DNA of 64,000 nucleotides from an uncultured Lachnospiraceae bacterium (GTDB taxonomy: Bacteria > Bacillota > Clostridia > Lachnospirales > Lachnospiraceae), in the NCBI GenBank assembly GCA_944383325.1, contig CALWPC010000050.1, positions 60,235 to 124,234 on the forward strand, written 5' to 3'. The notes under the pieces are model-generated. The model had not been told where the DNA came from and ran no database searches. It saw nothing but the letters and a program-made list of their open reading frames with translations. Shown here one piece after another: positions 30,185-39,804 of the stretch. The translations under genes and the position numbers were made by a program. How positions within the stretch are numbered: the first letter of the stretch is position 1; the number at the start of each line of letters is the position of its first letter.

Positions 30185-30352
30185 CTATTCCTCTTGATTA
30201 TCGATTACATAGATAATGCAGGAAATCCCCGCAATCATTGAAAACAGAATAGACCCACCCATTGGATTGTTCACAGTTGCTCCGATAAAAAAACCGACTA
30301 TTCCTACAATAATCATTATGATAACAGAAATAATTGTTCTAAATTTTTTCAT
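30185..30352 (-). CDS. Unlisted 55-aa two-TM membrane protein
   Basis: Below the 60-aa ORF-track cutoff. MKKFRTIISVIIMIIVGIVGFFIGATVNNPMGGSILFSMIAGISCIIYVIDNQEE. RBS GAAGGTGA lies 7 nt upstream of the ATG. A hairpin AATGAAGTG...CACTTCATT lies downstream at ~30098-30130. Confidence 0.55.
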   Translation of the reverse strand: MKKFRTIISVIIMIIVGIVGFFIGATVNNPMGGSILFSMIAGISCIIYVIDNQEE

Positions 30353-30477
30353 ATGCATTTCACCTTCTCAATTCCGATTTGTCTCTCAAACAATTATACC
30401 ACAGACTTGTGAAAAATCAACTGCGCAGGGGGGAAAGAAAGCGGAATAAGTATCCCCGTACCGCCTCCAAAGGGTAA

Positions 30478-30600
30478 TTATGCGTAAATTATATCTGTAT
30501 AAACAATTTCCCTTGCTCTTGCCTGTATGTCATTTATTGCGCCAATCCAAGCCATTTGGTCGGTACTTTTGGGTTCTTCTGTTATACCTTCTTTTTCAGT
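30478..30600 (-). pseudogene. TnpV-like C-terminal fragment (mobile element remnant)
   Basis: The minus-strand frame reads TEKEGITEEPKSTDQMAWIGAINDIQARAREIVYTDIIYA*. This matches my recollection of the conserved tail of transposon-encoded TnpV proteins (..EGVTE.LK..DQM.W....N.I..RAEEI....IY). There is no start codon or N-terminal half. Confidence 0.5.
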
Positions 30601-30926
30601 AAGTTGCCAATTACTCTGGCTGATTACAAAGCCAAAGGGAGAAGCTACTTCCTTATGCAGCCGCTCCCTCGAGCGTCCTTTTTTTATTCGAGCGGAAAGT
30701 GCAAAGAGCGTTCCGTTCGAATAAAAAGTGTTCCGGGAGCGTACCCACGCCGGATCACAAAGTGACCAACCCCTTTAAGATCGAGAGGCAGGTTATTTAG
30801 CTGTTGCTTTTTATTACAAGGTGTTTACTGTATACCGATAACTAGAAGAATGCATATATGTATAAATCAATAAATTAACAAAGAGTGACATAATACAATA
30901 AAATAATTATAAATTAAAACTTTTAG

Positions 30927-30955
30927 TTGACACAAATGAAAGGATAAAATATAAT
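30927..30955 (+). promoter_or_regulatory. Consensus sigma-70/SigA promoter (TTGACA-17-TATAAT)
   Basis: TTGACA at 30927-30932, a 17-nt spacer, then TATAAT at 30950-30955, in an AT-rich tract 58 nt upstream of the DUF5688 gene start. Confidence 0.7.
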
Positions 30956-31012
30956 ACTAATATGAATTAACATAAGATATGAAATATATACACTAAGGAG
31001 GAATCGATTCAT

Positions 31013-31915
31013 ATGGAATATGGGGAGTTTAAGAGGGCATTGCAGGAACAGCTTCAGGAACGATTTGGAGAGCGCGCACATGTGGAAATCCAGACATTTT
31101 TGAAGAATAATTCGAAGAGACAGGATGGGATTATGGTATTTCAGGAGGGAAGCAGCGCGACTCCGGCTGTATATCTGGACAAGTATTACGATGAATTTCA
31201 AAGCGGAGCATCATTAGGAGCGATTGTCCGGGAAATCAGTGATTTTTATGAGGATAATCATGAGGCGGAGTTTGATTTAAGTTTCTTTAAAGAATTTGCC
31301 AAAGTCAGGGAACGTATTGTCTTTCAGCTAGTTAATTTTGAGCGCAATGCGGAATTGTTTCAGGAAGTGCCGTATGTGCGTACACTGGATTTGGCTATGG
31401 TGTTTTTGTGCAGAGTGGAGCACCCGTCATATGGAAATGTCAATATTATGATTCGGGATGCTCATCTGAAGCTGTGGGGGACAGACGTTGTGGCACTCTA
31501 TGAGCGGGCGATGGCCAACACGCCCAGACTTCTTCCGTGCGAACTGAAAAGTATGGGGGAGCTGTTGTCGGAAATCGGACAGGACGATTTGGCGGACATC
31601 AGCAAGGAGCTCATCATCTCGGAGGAGAACGATCCGGGGATGTATGTGCTTAGCAACTATCTGCACTGTCACGGAGCCGCCTGTATGATGTATCGGGGGA
31701 TTTTGTCGAAATTTGCGATGGCATGCGGCAGCGATTTTTATATTATCCCCTCTTCGGTGCACGAAGTGATCCTGATTCCGGTGAAGAAAATGTTGTCTCA
31801 CAGCGCAATGAATGAGGTAGTTGGACAGGTAAACCGTACGCAGGTTGCTTCGGAGGAAGTATTGGCGGACACGGTGTATTTTTATTCCAGAAAGCTAAAG
31901 AAAATTTTGTTTTAG
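31013..31915 (+). CDS. DUF5688 family protein (usually carried on conjugative elements/plasmids of Clostridia)
   Basis: The opening MEYGEFKRALQEQLQERFG...EIQTFLKNNSKRQDGIMV...ATPAVYLDKYYDEF matches the family pattern as I recall it. Strong RBS AAGGAGGA. Confidence 0.55.
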   Translation: MEYGEFKRALQEQLQERFGERAHVEIQTFLKNNSKRQDGIMVFQEGSSATPAVYLDKYYDEFQSGASLGAIVREISDFYEDNHEAEFDLSFFKEFAKVRERIVFQLVNFERNAELFQEVPYVRTLDLAMVFLCRVEHPSYGNVNIMIRDAHLKLWGTDVVALYERAMANTPRLLPCELKSMGELLSEIGQDDLADISKELIISEENDPGMYVLSNYLHCHGAACMMYRGILSKFAMACGSDFYIIPSSVHEVILIPVKKMLSHSAMNEVVGQVNRTQVASEEVLADTVYFYSRKLKKILF

Positions 31916-31987
31916 GTTGAAATGAGATTCCTTTTTTGATACACTGAAAACAATTTATTGAGCCAAACCAAAAGGGAGGAATCGTTC

Positions 31988-33376
31988 ATGGAAAAGACAA
32001 TGGAGAAAATGGTGGCGTTAGCCAAGGCGAGAGGATTTGTATATCCCGGTTCGGAGATTTACGGGGGACTGGCCAATACATGGGATTACGGCAATCTCGG
32101 CGTGGAATTGAAAAACAATGTCAAAAAGGCATGGTGGCAGAAATTTATTACACAGAGTCCGTACAATGTCGGAGTTGACTGCGCGATCTTAATGAATCCG
32201 CAGACATGGGTGGCGTCCGGCCATCTCGGCAGTTTCAGCGATCCGCTGATGGACTGCAAAGAGTGCCATGAACGGTTTCGGGCAGATCAGCTGATTGAAA
32301 AGTTTGCTGAGGAACACGACATCACACTTGATGGGAGTGTGGATGCGTGGTCTCATGAGCAGATGCAGTCTTTTATTGCAGAGCATCGGGTTCCCTGTCC
32401 CACATGCGGCGCGCACAATTTCACAGATATTCGGGAGTTTAATCTGATGTTTAAGACGTTCCAGGGCGTGACGGAGGATGCGAAAAATACGGTATACCTT
32501 CGCCCGGAGACCGCGCAGGGCATTTTTGTGAATTTTAAGAACGTACAGAGAACATCGAGAAAGAAAATTCCGTTCGGCATTGGTCAGATTGGAAAAAGTT
32601 TCCGAAATGAGATTACTCCCGGAAATTTTACGTTTCGCACGAGAGAATTTGAGCAGATGGAGCTTGAATTTTTCTGTGAACCGGATACGGATCTTGAGTG
32701 GTTTGCTTACTGGAAGGAATTTTGCATTCAGTGGCTTCGGTCGCTCGGCATGAAGGACGAGGAGATGCGGGTGCGCGATCATGAACCGGAAGAGCTTTCC
32801 TTTTACAGCAAGGCGACGTCAGACATCGAGTTTTTATTTCCGTTTGGATGGGGTGAGCTCTGGGGAATCGCAGACCGCACGGACTATGATTTGTCGCGCC
32901 ACCAGGAAGTGTCCGGGCAGGATTTGAGTTACTTTGACGATGCGCAGGATAAGCGCTATATCCCGTATGTGATTGAACCGTCGCTTGGCGTGGATCGTGT
33001 GGTACTGGCATTTTTGTGTGGCGCTTACGACGAGGAGGAGTTGGATGACGGGACGGTGCGTACGGTATTGCGCTTCCATCCGGTACTGGCGCCTGTGAAA
33101 ATCGGTGTCCTCCCGCTTTCCAAAAAGCTCAGTGAGCCTGCTCAAAAATTGTATGAAACACTCTCCGCAAAATATAACTGTGAGTATGACGACCGCGGTA
33201 ATATCGGAAGGCGGTATCGCCGTCAGGATGAAATTGGTACGCCGTTTTGTGTAACTTATGATTTTCAGTCTGAAGAAGATGGCGCAGTTACGGTGCGCGA
33301 TCGCGACACGATGGAGCAGGAGCGTGTGAAAATCGAGGAATTGGATGCATATTTTGCAAATAAATTTACATTTTAA
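31988..33376 (+). CDS. glyQS: Glycine--tRNA ligase (homodimeric GlyQS type)
   Basis: [35 protein letters not shown]..., [22 protein letters not shown]. 462 aa from the ATG at 31988 after AAGGGAGGA. Confidence 0.95.
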   Translation: MEKTMEKMVALAKARGFVYPGSEIYGGLANTWDYGNLGVELKNNVKKAWWQKFITQSPYNVGVDCAILMNPQTWVASGHLGSFSDPLMDCKECHERFRADQLIEKFAEEHDITLDGSVDAWSHEQMQSFIAEHRVPCPTCGAHNFTDIREFNLMFKTFQGVTEDAKNTVYLRPETAQGIFVNFKNVQRTSRKKIPFGIGQIGKSFRNEITPGNFTFRTREFEQMELEFFCEPDTDLEWFAYWKEFCIQWLRSLGMKDEEMRVRDHEPEELSFYSKATSDIEFLFPFGWGELWGIADRTDYDLSRHQEVSGQDLSYFDDAQDKRYIPYVIEPSLGVDRVVLAFLCGAYDEEELDDGTVRTVLRFHPVLAPVKIGVLPLSKKLSEPAQKLYETLSAKYNCEYDDRGNIGRRYRRQDEIGTPFCVTYDFQSEEDGAVTVRDRDTMEQERVKIEELDAYFANKFTF

Positions 33377-33389
33377 TAATGATGCGGCA

Positions 33390-33428
33390 AATAACAGCGT
33401 ATGCGTGATGCATATGCTGTTATTTTTT
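33390..33428 (+). terminator. Rho-independent terminator after glyQS
   Basis: AATAACAGCGTATGC / GCATATGCTGTTATT stem (one wobble) followed by TTTT. Confidence 0.8.
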
Positions 33429-33450
33429 GGAGTTTTTGGAGTTTTTCACC

Positions 33451-33478
33451 TTGACTAAACAGGGAAGTATGTTAAAAT
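33451..33478 (+). promoter_or_regulatory. Likely ppdK promoter (TTGACT-16-TAAAAT)
   Basis: TTGACT at 33451 and TAAAAT at 33473, 60 nt upstream of the ppdK ATG. Confidence 0.55.
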
Positions 33479-33537
33479 TGATGTGTGCGCGATGTTTGAT
33501 AAAACAAAGGCGAAATAATAAAGGAGGATATACGGAG

Positions 33538-36162
33538 ATGGCAAAATGGGTATATTTATTCACGGAAGGGAACGCAACTATGCGAAACCTTCTTGGCGGG
33601 AAAGGAGCCAATCTTGCTGAGATGACCAATCTCGGTCTTCCGGTACCGCAGGGCTTCACAATCACAACGGAGGCTTGTACACAGTACTATGAGGATGGCA
33701 AAAAGATCAATGACGAGATTATGGGTCAGATCATGGAGCACATCACAAAAATGGAAGAGATCACAGGCAAGAAGTTTGGTGATAAAGAGAATCCGCTGCT
33801 TGTTTCCGTTCGTTCAGGAGCCAGAGCATCCATGCCGGGTATGATGGATACGATTCTGAATCTTGGTCTGAATGAAGAAGTTGTTGAAGTATTGGCCAAG
33901 AAATCGGGCAATCCGCGTTGGGCATGGGACTGCTATAGAAGATTTATACAGATGTTTTCCGATGTTGTTATGGAAGTCGGCAAAAAATATTTTGAAGAAC
34001 TGATTGATCAGATGAAGTCGGCAAAGGGCGTTACGCAGGATGTCGATCTGACCGCAGACGATCTTCGGGAGTTGGCGGAACAGTTTAAAGCCGAGTACAA
34101 AGAAAAGATCGGCGAGGACTTCCCGACAGATCCCAAGGTACAGCTTATGGAGGCAATCAAGGCGGTGTTCCGTTCATGGGATAATCCTCGTGCAAATGTA
34201 TACCGTCGGGACAATGATATTCCGTATTCCTGGGGTACAGCAGTCAACGTACAGATGATGGCGTTTGGAAATATGGGTGAGACTTCCGGAACAGGCGTTG
34301 CATTCACCCGTGACCCTGCTACGGGAGAAAAGCATCTGATGGGCGAATTTTTGATGAACGCACAGGGCGAGGATGTGGTTGCAGGTGTCCGCACGCCGCA
34401 GAAAATTGATCAGCTTAAAGAAGTAATGCCGGAGGTATACGAGCAGTTTGTAAACATCTGCAAGACTCTGGAAGATCATTACAGAGATATGCAGGATATG
34501 GAGTTTACGATTGAGGACAAGAAACTCTATATGCTTCAGACGCGAAACGGAAAGAGAACGGCAAAAGCAGCGCTGAAGATCGCCTGCGACCTCGTTGACG
34601 AGGGTATGATTACGGAGGAAAAGGCGGTCACAATGATCGATCCCAGAAATTTAGACAGTCTTTTGCATCCGCAGTTCGACGCTGAAGTATTAAAAAATAC
34701 AGAGCCGATTGCCCGCGCACTGGCAGCTTCTCCGGGCGCTGCATGCGGTAAAATTGTCTTTACGGCCGAAGATGCAAAAGAGTGGGCGGCAAGAGGAGAA
34801 AAAGTAGTTCTCGTTCGTCTGGAGACATCGCCGGAAGATATTGAGGGTATGAAAGCTGCGCAAGGTATTTTGACGGTTCGCGGCGGTATGACCTCTCATG
34901 CGGCGGTTGTTGCGCGCGGTATGGGTGCGTGCTGTGTATCCGGCTGTTCGGAAATTGTGATGGATGAGGCAAACAAGACGTTCGTTCTGGCAGGTAAAGA
35001 GTATCATGAAGGCGATGCGTTGTCTCTGGACGGCTCGACCGGAAATATTTATGACGGTCTGATCCCGACAGTGGATGCATCAATTGCCGGTGAATTTGGC
35101 AGAATTATGGCTTGGGCTGACAAGTATCGCAGACTGCAGGTGCGCACAAATGCGGACACGCCGGCTGATGCTAAGAAAGCGCGCGAGCTTGGCGCTGAGG
35201 GAATCGGACTTTGCCGTACGGAGCATATGTTCTTTGAGGGAGATCGTATCGACGCCTTCCGTGAGATGATTTGTTCGGACACGGTTGAGGAGAGAGAGGC
35301 GGCATTAGAGAAGATTCTTCCGGTACAGCAGAGTGATTTCGAGAAATTGTATGAGGCGTTGGAGGGCAATCCGGTAACCATTCGTTTCCTCGATCCGCCG
35401 CTGCATGAGTTTGTTCCGACCGAGGATGAGGATATTCAGAAATTAGCTGACGCCAAGGGCAAGACGGTTGAGCAGATCCGTGCTATTATTGATTCCCTGC
35501 ATGAGTTTAACCCGATGATGGGACACCGCGGCTGCCGTCTGGCGGTTACTTACCCGGAAATTGCTAAAATGCAGACGAAAGCGGTAATCCGCGCGGCGAT
35601 CAATGTCCAGAAGGCGCATCCCGATTGGAACATTACGCCGGAAATTATGATTCCTCTTGCAGGAGATGCAAAAGAGCTGAAGTTTGTGAAGGATGTTGTG
35701 GTGAAGACGGCAGATAAAGAGATTGCGGCAGCAGGTGCTTCTATTTCTTATGAGGTCGGCACCATGATTGAGATTCCGCGTGCGGCTTTGTTGGCAGATG
35801 AGATGGCGAAAGAGGCAGACTTCTTCTGCTTTGGTACCAACGATCTGACTCAGATGACGTATGGTTTCTCGCGCGACGATGCAGGCAAATTCCTGAATGC
35901 TTACTATGATGCAAAGATTTTTGAAAATGATCCGTTTGCAAAACTGGATCAGGACGGCGTCGGCAAGCTGATGCAGATGTGTATTCAGCTTGGTAAACCG
36001 GTTAATCCGAAACTGCATCTGGGCATCTGCGGAGAACATGGCGGCGATCCGTCCTCTGTAGAGTTCTGTGATAAGATCGGACTTGACTATGTGTCCTGTT
36101 CACCGTTCCGTGTGCCGATCGCAAGACTGGCAGCGGCACAGGCAGCGATTGCAAATAAGTAG
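33538..36162 (+). CDS. ppdK: Pyruvate, phosphate dikinase
   Basis: MAKWVYLFTEGNATMRNLLGGKGANLAEM, phosphohistidine loop GGMTSHAAVVARGMG, LCRTEHMF, GICGEHGGDP. 874 aa from the ATG at 33538 after AAAGGAGGA. Confidence 0.97.
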   Translation: MAKWVYLFTEGNATMRNLLGGKGANLAEMTNLGLPVPQGFTITTEACTQYYEDGKKINDEIMGQIMEHITKMEEITGKKFGDKENPLLVSVRSGARASMPGMMDTILNLGLNEEVVEVLAKKSGNPRWAWDCYRRFIQMFSDVVMEVGKKYFEELIDQMKSAKGVTQDVDLTADDLRELAEQFKAEYKEKIGEDFPTDPKVQLMEAIKAVFRSWDNPRANVYRRDNDIPYSWGTAVNVQMMAFGNMGETSGTGVAFTRDPATGEKHLMGEFLMNAQGEDVVAGVRTPQKIDQLKEVMPEVYEQFVNICKTLEDHYRDMQDMEFTIEDKKLYMLQTRNGKRTAKAALKIACDLVDEGMITEEKAVTMIDPRNLDSLLHPQFDAEVLKNTEPIARALAASPGAACGKIVFTAEDAKEWAARGEKVVLVRLETSPEDIEGMKAAQGILTVRGGMTSHAAVVARGMGACCVSGCSEIVMDEANKTFVLAGKEYHEGDALSLDGSTGNIYDGLIPTVDASIAGEFGRIMAWADKYRRLQVRTNADTPADAKKARELGAEGIGLCRTEHMFFEGDRIDAFREMICSDTVEEREAALEKILPVQQSDFEKLYEALEGNPVTIRFLDPPLHEFVPTEDEDIQKLADAKGKTVEQIRAIIDSLHEFNPMMGHRGCRLAVTYPEIAKMQTKAVIRAAINVQKAHPDWNITPEIMIPLAGDAKELKFVKDVVVKTADKEIAAAGASISYEVGTMIEIPRAALLADEMAKEADFFCFGTNDLTQMTYGFSRDDAGKFLNAYYDAKIFENDPFAKLDQDGVGKLMQMCIQLGKPVNPKLHLGICGEHGGDPSSVEFCDKIGLDYVSCSPFRVPIARLAAAQAAIANK

Positions 36163-36222
36163 GCGTAACTATTTTTGTTATAAGACACCGCAAAATAGCC
36201 TGAAAAATTTACCCTAAAATAC

Positions 36223-36263
36223 AGACCTTGTACTATGGTTTCCATAGTATGAGGTCTTATTTT
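36223..36263 (+). terminator. Rho-independent terminator after ppdK
   Basis: AGACCTTGTACTATGG TTT CCATAGTATGAGGTCT (16-bp stem, 2 mismatches) followed by TATTTT. Confidence 0.75.
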
Positions 36264-36321
36264 GCCCTTATAAGAGCCGAAAACGCTGTTTTGTCGATAA
36301 AATGGGAAGTTTATTGATAAA

Positions 36322-36870
36322 TTGGAGGATGGAAAGGCTCAGTTATATAAAATCAATTGTAATTATACTTTTATTTATGATGAGGCATTAAAATATTATA
36401 AACAGAATAAAAAGGGCGATATTGAATTAGGGAAAAAATATCATCTTCCTAAAAGAAAAGAGCATATCGAAGATGAAATTTTATACAAAGATGTCCCCGA
36501 TTGCCTTGAGATATTAAATAAAAAGTATCGTATTGGTATCATAGCGAATCAACCATTGGGAACAAAAAGCAGATTAGAAAAATGGGGGATTATGAAATAT
36601 ATTGATTTAGTTATCGCCTCGGCAGAAGAAGGGGTATCAAAACCAAACCCTAAAATTTTTGAAATTGCTTTGCAAAGGGCTAAGTGTGAAGCTAATCAGG
36701 CAATAATGATTGGAGATCGAATAGATAATGATATTATGCCTGCTAAAAAAATGGGAATGCGAACAATATGGATAAAACAAGGTTTTGGCGGTTATTGGCA
36801 AATAACTGGAGATGATGAAAAGCCAGATTATATTGTTGAGAATATGATTGAGTTATGTAGTTGCCTGTAG
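36322..36870 (+). CDS. HAD-IA hydrolase lacking the N-terminal DxD nucleophile motif (possibly truncated/pseudogene)
   Basis: Motif II IGIIANQ, motif III SKPNPKIF and motif IV GDRIDNDI are present. No DxDGT-type motif I is present, the start is TTG, and a stop lies immediately upstream in frame. The DNA is very AT-rich. Confidence 0.6.
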   Translation: MEDGKAQLYKINCNYTFIYDEALKYYKQNKKGDIELGKKYHLPKRKEHIEDEILYKDVPDCLEILNKKYRIGIIANQPLGTKSRLEKWGIMKYIDLVIASAEEGVSKPNPKIFEIALQRAKCEANQAIMIGDRIDNDIMPAKKMGMRTIWIKQGFGGYWQITGDDEKPDYIVENMIELCSCL

Positions 36871-37155
36871 TGATCGCTTCCAGTTTTTGTAAGGGTTGGT
36901 ATATTCACAATAGTCTAAAATTGCTCTTTTTGGCTAAAAGGATTTGTTGCGCGACATTGGTGTCACTGGACACTCCGTTGTATCATTGACCTTGTTGGTC
37001 TGGAAAAGGATTCTTTCTAATATGCCCCCAATTTAGAAAGAATCTGAAAAATCAGACCTTCAGGGTCATTTTTGTTGTTTTTCCAGAAATGATATTGCGG
37101 AGAGGGGAACACATGTTTTTTAAAGAAACTAAACAATATTAGTAATGAAACGAGC

Positions 37156-37183
37156 TTGACAGACAGAAATGCGACGGTATAAT
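37156..37183 (+). promoter_or_regulatory. Near-consensus promoter (TTGACA-16-TATAAT) for the ABC exporter gene
   Basis: TTGACA at 37156-37161 and TATAAT at 37178-37183, about 80 nt upstream of the GTG at 37263. Confidence 0.65.
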
Positions 37184-37262
37184 ACAAATAAAGACATAAC
37201 TAAAAAATATTAACTTTTATATTGGCGTCAATAAATGATTTGATCAAGGAGCGAGTTCATTA

Positions 37263-39035
37263 GTGAAGAAAACCATAAAGAATAATATGTATATTTTAAA
37301 ATATGTTAAAACGTATACGCCAAAATATTTTTACTTGAGAATGTTAACAATACTTTTGGCGCCGATTCCGTCATTAGTTTCAATTTTTGTGACCCAAACT
37401 GCGATTGACAGGGTTTCAGACCCAAGAAGGGCTGATGGTGTATATATGTTGCTTTTGGCAGGATTTATGATCTTGCTTGTGAGTAATCTTTTTCTATCTG
37501 TTGTGAATAACGGTATGGGTCTTATTGCAAAAAGAGTGTTGACAAAACAAATCCAGTCTCATTTGCTAAAAAAAGCTGAAAAAATGGATTTTGACTGTTT
37601 TGACAATACACAATTTTATGATCAGTATACGCGTGCCATGACGGAAACGGATCAAAGATGTATAAAGGTTTTTGATACATTTATCACCCTTTTATCAAAG
37701 CTGATCACCTTAATTAGTGTGGTTTCGGTGTTAACCGTTTTGAGTCCGTATGTTATTCTCGTTTGTATTTGTTTGATTATTTTTAATTTTGTCCTTAATA
37801 AAATAAAAAACACCGTAGATTTCAAATATAATAATAGTCTCACATTTATGACGAGGAAAATAAATTATATAAAAAAAATATTTTATGAGCCAAAATATGC
37901 ACAGGAGCTTCGTATGGGGAAGTTAGGGCCTTTGATGCATAAAAAGTTTGAAAAGACCATGGATGATTTGTTGGATGCAGATAAAAAATATTGCGTTCCG
38001 AATACGTTGTTCAACACTAGTTTTAATTGTGTAGGTTATCTGTTAAGCTATTCGGTTATGGGCCTTGCCTGTTGGCAAATTAGTATGGGGACATTATCTG
38101 TCGGCGGTTTTGCGGCATTGTTAAATGGTGCGGAGCAGCTGTTTATGGGATTTTATGGTTTGCTCAACAGTGTAACAGAGATGAATTTACATAGCAAATT
38201 TATAGATAACTTGAAATATGTCATGGATTATGAATCAAAGATAGAAACTTCTGATAAGAATAAGTTGTATTGCAATCAAAATGGCGACATTTCAATTAAA
38301 AAGGTATCGTTTACATATCCTCTGCAGGAACAGCCTGTGTTAAAAAATATTTCTATGTATATACCAAAAGGTAAGAAAATTGCCATTGTAGGCTATAATG
38401 GATCGGGCAAAACGACACTTGTAAAATTACTGCTCCGTTTGTATGATCCCTCTGGCGGTAGCATTTTGTGGGATGATAAAGATTATAAACTTTATGATGT
38501 TAGTACGCTTAGAGCGCAATACAGTGTTGTATTTCAAAATTATCAATGCTATGCGCTTTCAATAGAAGAAAATATTACTTTGCAAGAAGATCTTAGTAAA
38601 GATCAGTTGGATAAAATGAAAGAAGCAACAAAAATAAGTGGTATTTCTGCAAAAATTGATGCGCTCCCAAATCAGTATTCTACGAGTATGTCAAAGGAAT
38701 TTGATGAATCGGGTGTTCCATTTTCCGGTGGAGAACAGCAAAAAATTGCGATTGCCAGAGCGTTTTATGAAAATAAAAATGTCATTATTATGGACGAGCC
38801 GTCAAGTTCTTTGGATCCGATCGCAGAGTATGAAATGAACACAAATATTAAACAGCTTGCCGAAGATAAAACGGTGATTATGATTTCGCATCGGTTGTCA
38901 ACTATCAGGATGTTTGACGAGATCTACGTTATGGATCATGGTGAAATTGCCGAGCATGGGACCCACGAGGAGCTTATGGAAAAAGAAGGCTTGTATTATC
39001 AGATGTTTATTAAACAGGCAAGTAATTATCAATAA
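37263..39035 (+). CDS. ABC exporter half-transporter (fused 6-TM domain + NBD)
   Basis: N-terminal TMD with ~6 helices. Walker A GYNGSGKTT, signature FSGGEQQKIAIARA, Walker B IIMDEPSSSLD, H-loop ISHR. AT-rich codon usage unlike the neighbouring genes. Confidence 0.9.
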   Translation: MKKTIKNNMYILKYVKTYTPKYFYLRMLTILLAPIPSLVSIFVTQTAIDRVSDPRRADGVYMLLLAGFMILLVSNLFLSVVNNGMGLIAKRVLTKQIQSHLLKKAEKMDFDCFDNTQFYDQYTRAMTETDQRCIKVFDTFITLLSKLITLISVVSVLTVLSPYVILVCICLIIFNFVLNKIKNTVDFKYNNSLTFMTRKINYIKKIFYEPKYAQELRMGKLGPLMHKKFEKTMDDLLDADKKYCVPNTLFNTSFNCVGYLLSYSVMGLACWQISMGTLSVGGFAALLNGAEQLFMGFYGLLNSVTEMNLHSKFIDNLKYVMDYESKIETSDKNKLYCNQNGDISIKKVSFTYPLQEQPVLKNISMYIPKGKKIAIVGYNGSGKTTLVKLLLRLYDPSGGSILWDDKDYKLYDVSTLRAQYSVVFQNYQCYALSIEENITLQEDLSKDQLDKMKEATKISGISAKIDALPNQYSTSMSKEFDESGVPFSGGEQQKIAIARAFYENKNVIIMDEPSSSLDPIAEYEMNTNIKQLAEDKTVIMISHRLSTIRMFDEIYVMDHGEIAEHGTHEELMEKEGLYYQMFIKQASNYQ

Positions 39036-39267
39036 AAAGGGCGTCACAAAGTGGGTAATGCTCAGGAAAACTATTTTTTATGAGGTCAGATGACCACACT
39101 TGTCGGCACAATCTTTTCATGATACAATTTTATTATCGGAAATTCGAATCAGGAAGGGATGGTGATAAAGAAGTGAAGAATATTGCCTGCACTGGAACGC
39201 GCAGGGGGAATTTATGCAAGGCGGATGGCAACAGGATTTGACATGCATATTGATAGGGGGTTTAAAA

Positions 39268-39801
39268 ATGAACGAGTGTATAGAACAGATGAAACGAAGA
39301 AGGAGTATCCGCAAATATAAACAGGATATGGTTCCGCAGGAGCTTCTCGACCAAATTATTGAGGCGGGACTTTATGCTGCAAATGGTATGGGATACCAAA
39401 ATACAATTATTATTCAGGTCACAAACAAGAAGCTGAGAGATCAAATCTCAAAAATGAATTGTGAAATTGGCGGTTGGAAAGAGGGATTTGATCCATTTTA
39501 CGGAGCGCCCGCAATGCTGATTGTGCTTGCGAAAAAAGACTGGCCGAACCGTGTATACGACGGCAGTCTTGTTATGGGAAATTTGATGCTTGCCGCTCAT
39601 GAACTTGGCCTTGGGAGCTGTTGGATTCACAGAGCAAAAGAAGAGTTTGAGACGGAGTGGGGAAAAACATTTTTGAAATCACTCGGAATCGAGGAGGAAT
39701 ATGAAGGGATCGGACATTGCGCGCTCGGATATGTGCAGGGGGATTATCCCAAAATACCTGCAAGAAAAGAAAACAGAGTGTTTTATGTCAGGGAGGATTA
39801 A
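39268..39801 (+). CDS. Nitroreductase family protein
   Basis: RRSIRKYKQDMVPQELLDQIIEAGLYAANGMGYQ... and LGLGSCWI are typical of NfsB/FRP-like nitroreductases. 177 aa from the ATG at 39268. Confidence 0.85.
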   Translation: MNECIEQMKRRRSIRKYKQDMVPQELLDQIIEAGLYAANGMGYQNTIIIQVTNKKLRDQISKMNCEIGGWKEGFDPFYGAPAMLIVLAKKDWPNRVYDGSLVMGNLMLAAHELGLGSCWIHRAKEEFETEWGKTFLKSLGIEEEYEGIGHCALGYVQGDYPKIPARKENRVFYVRED

Positions 39802-39804
39802 GAA

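Noticed and set aside
30216-30449. 77-aa plus-strand ORF from the track
   Set aside because: It is the antisense shadow of the better-supported 55-aa minus-strand membrane ORF (RBS plus two clean TM helices). It has no RBS of its own.
36250-39090. Shared 9-mer TATGAGGTC at ~36250 and ~39081 as possible att-like direct repeats flanking the AT-rich island
   Set aside because: Nine bases is too short to distinguish from chance in 64 kb, and the left copy is simply part of the ppdK terminator stem.
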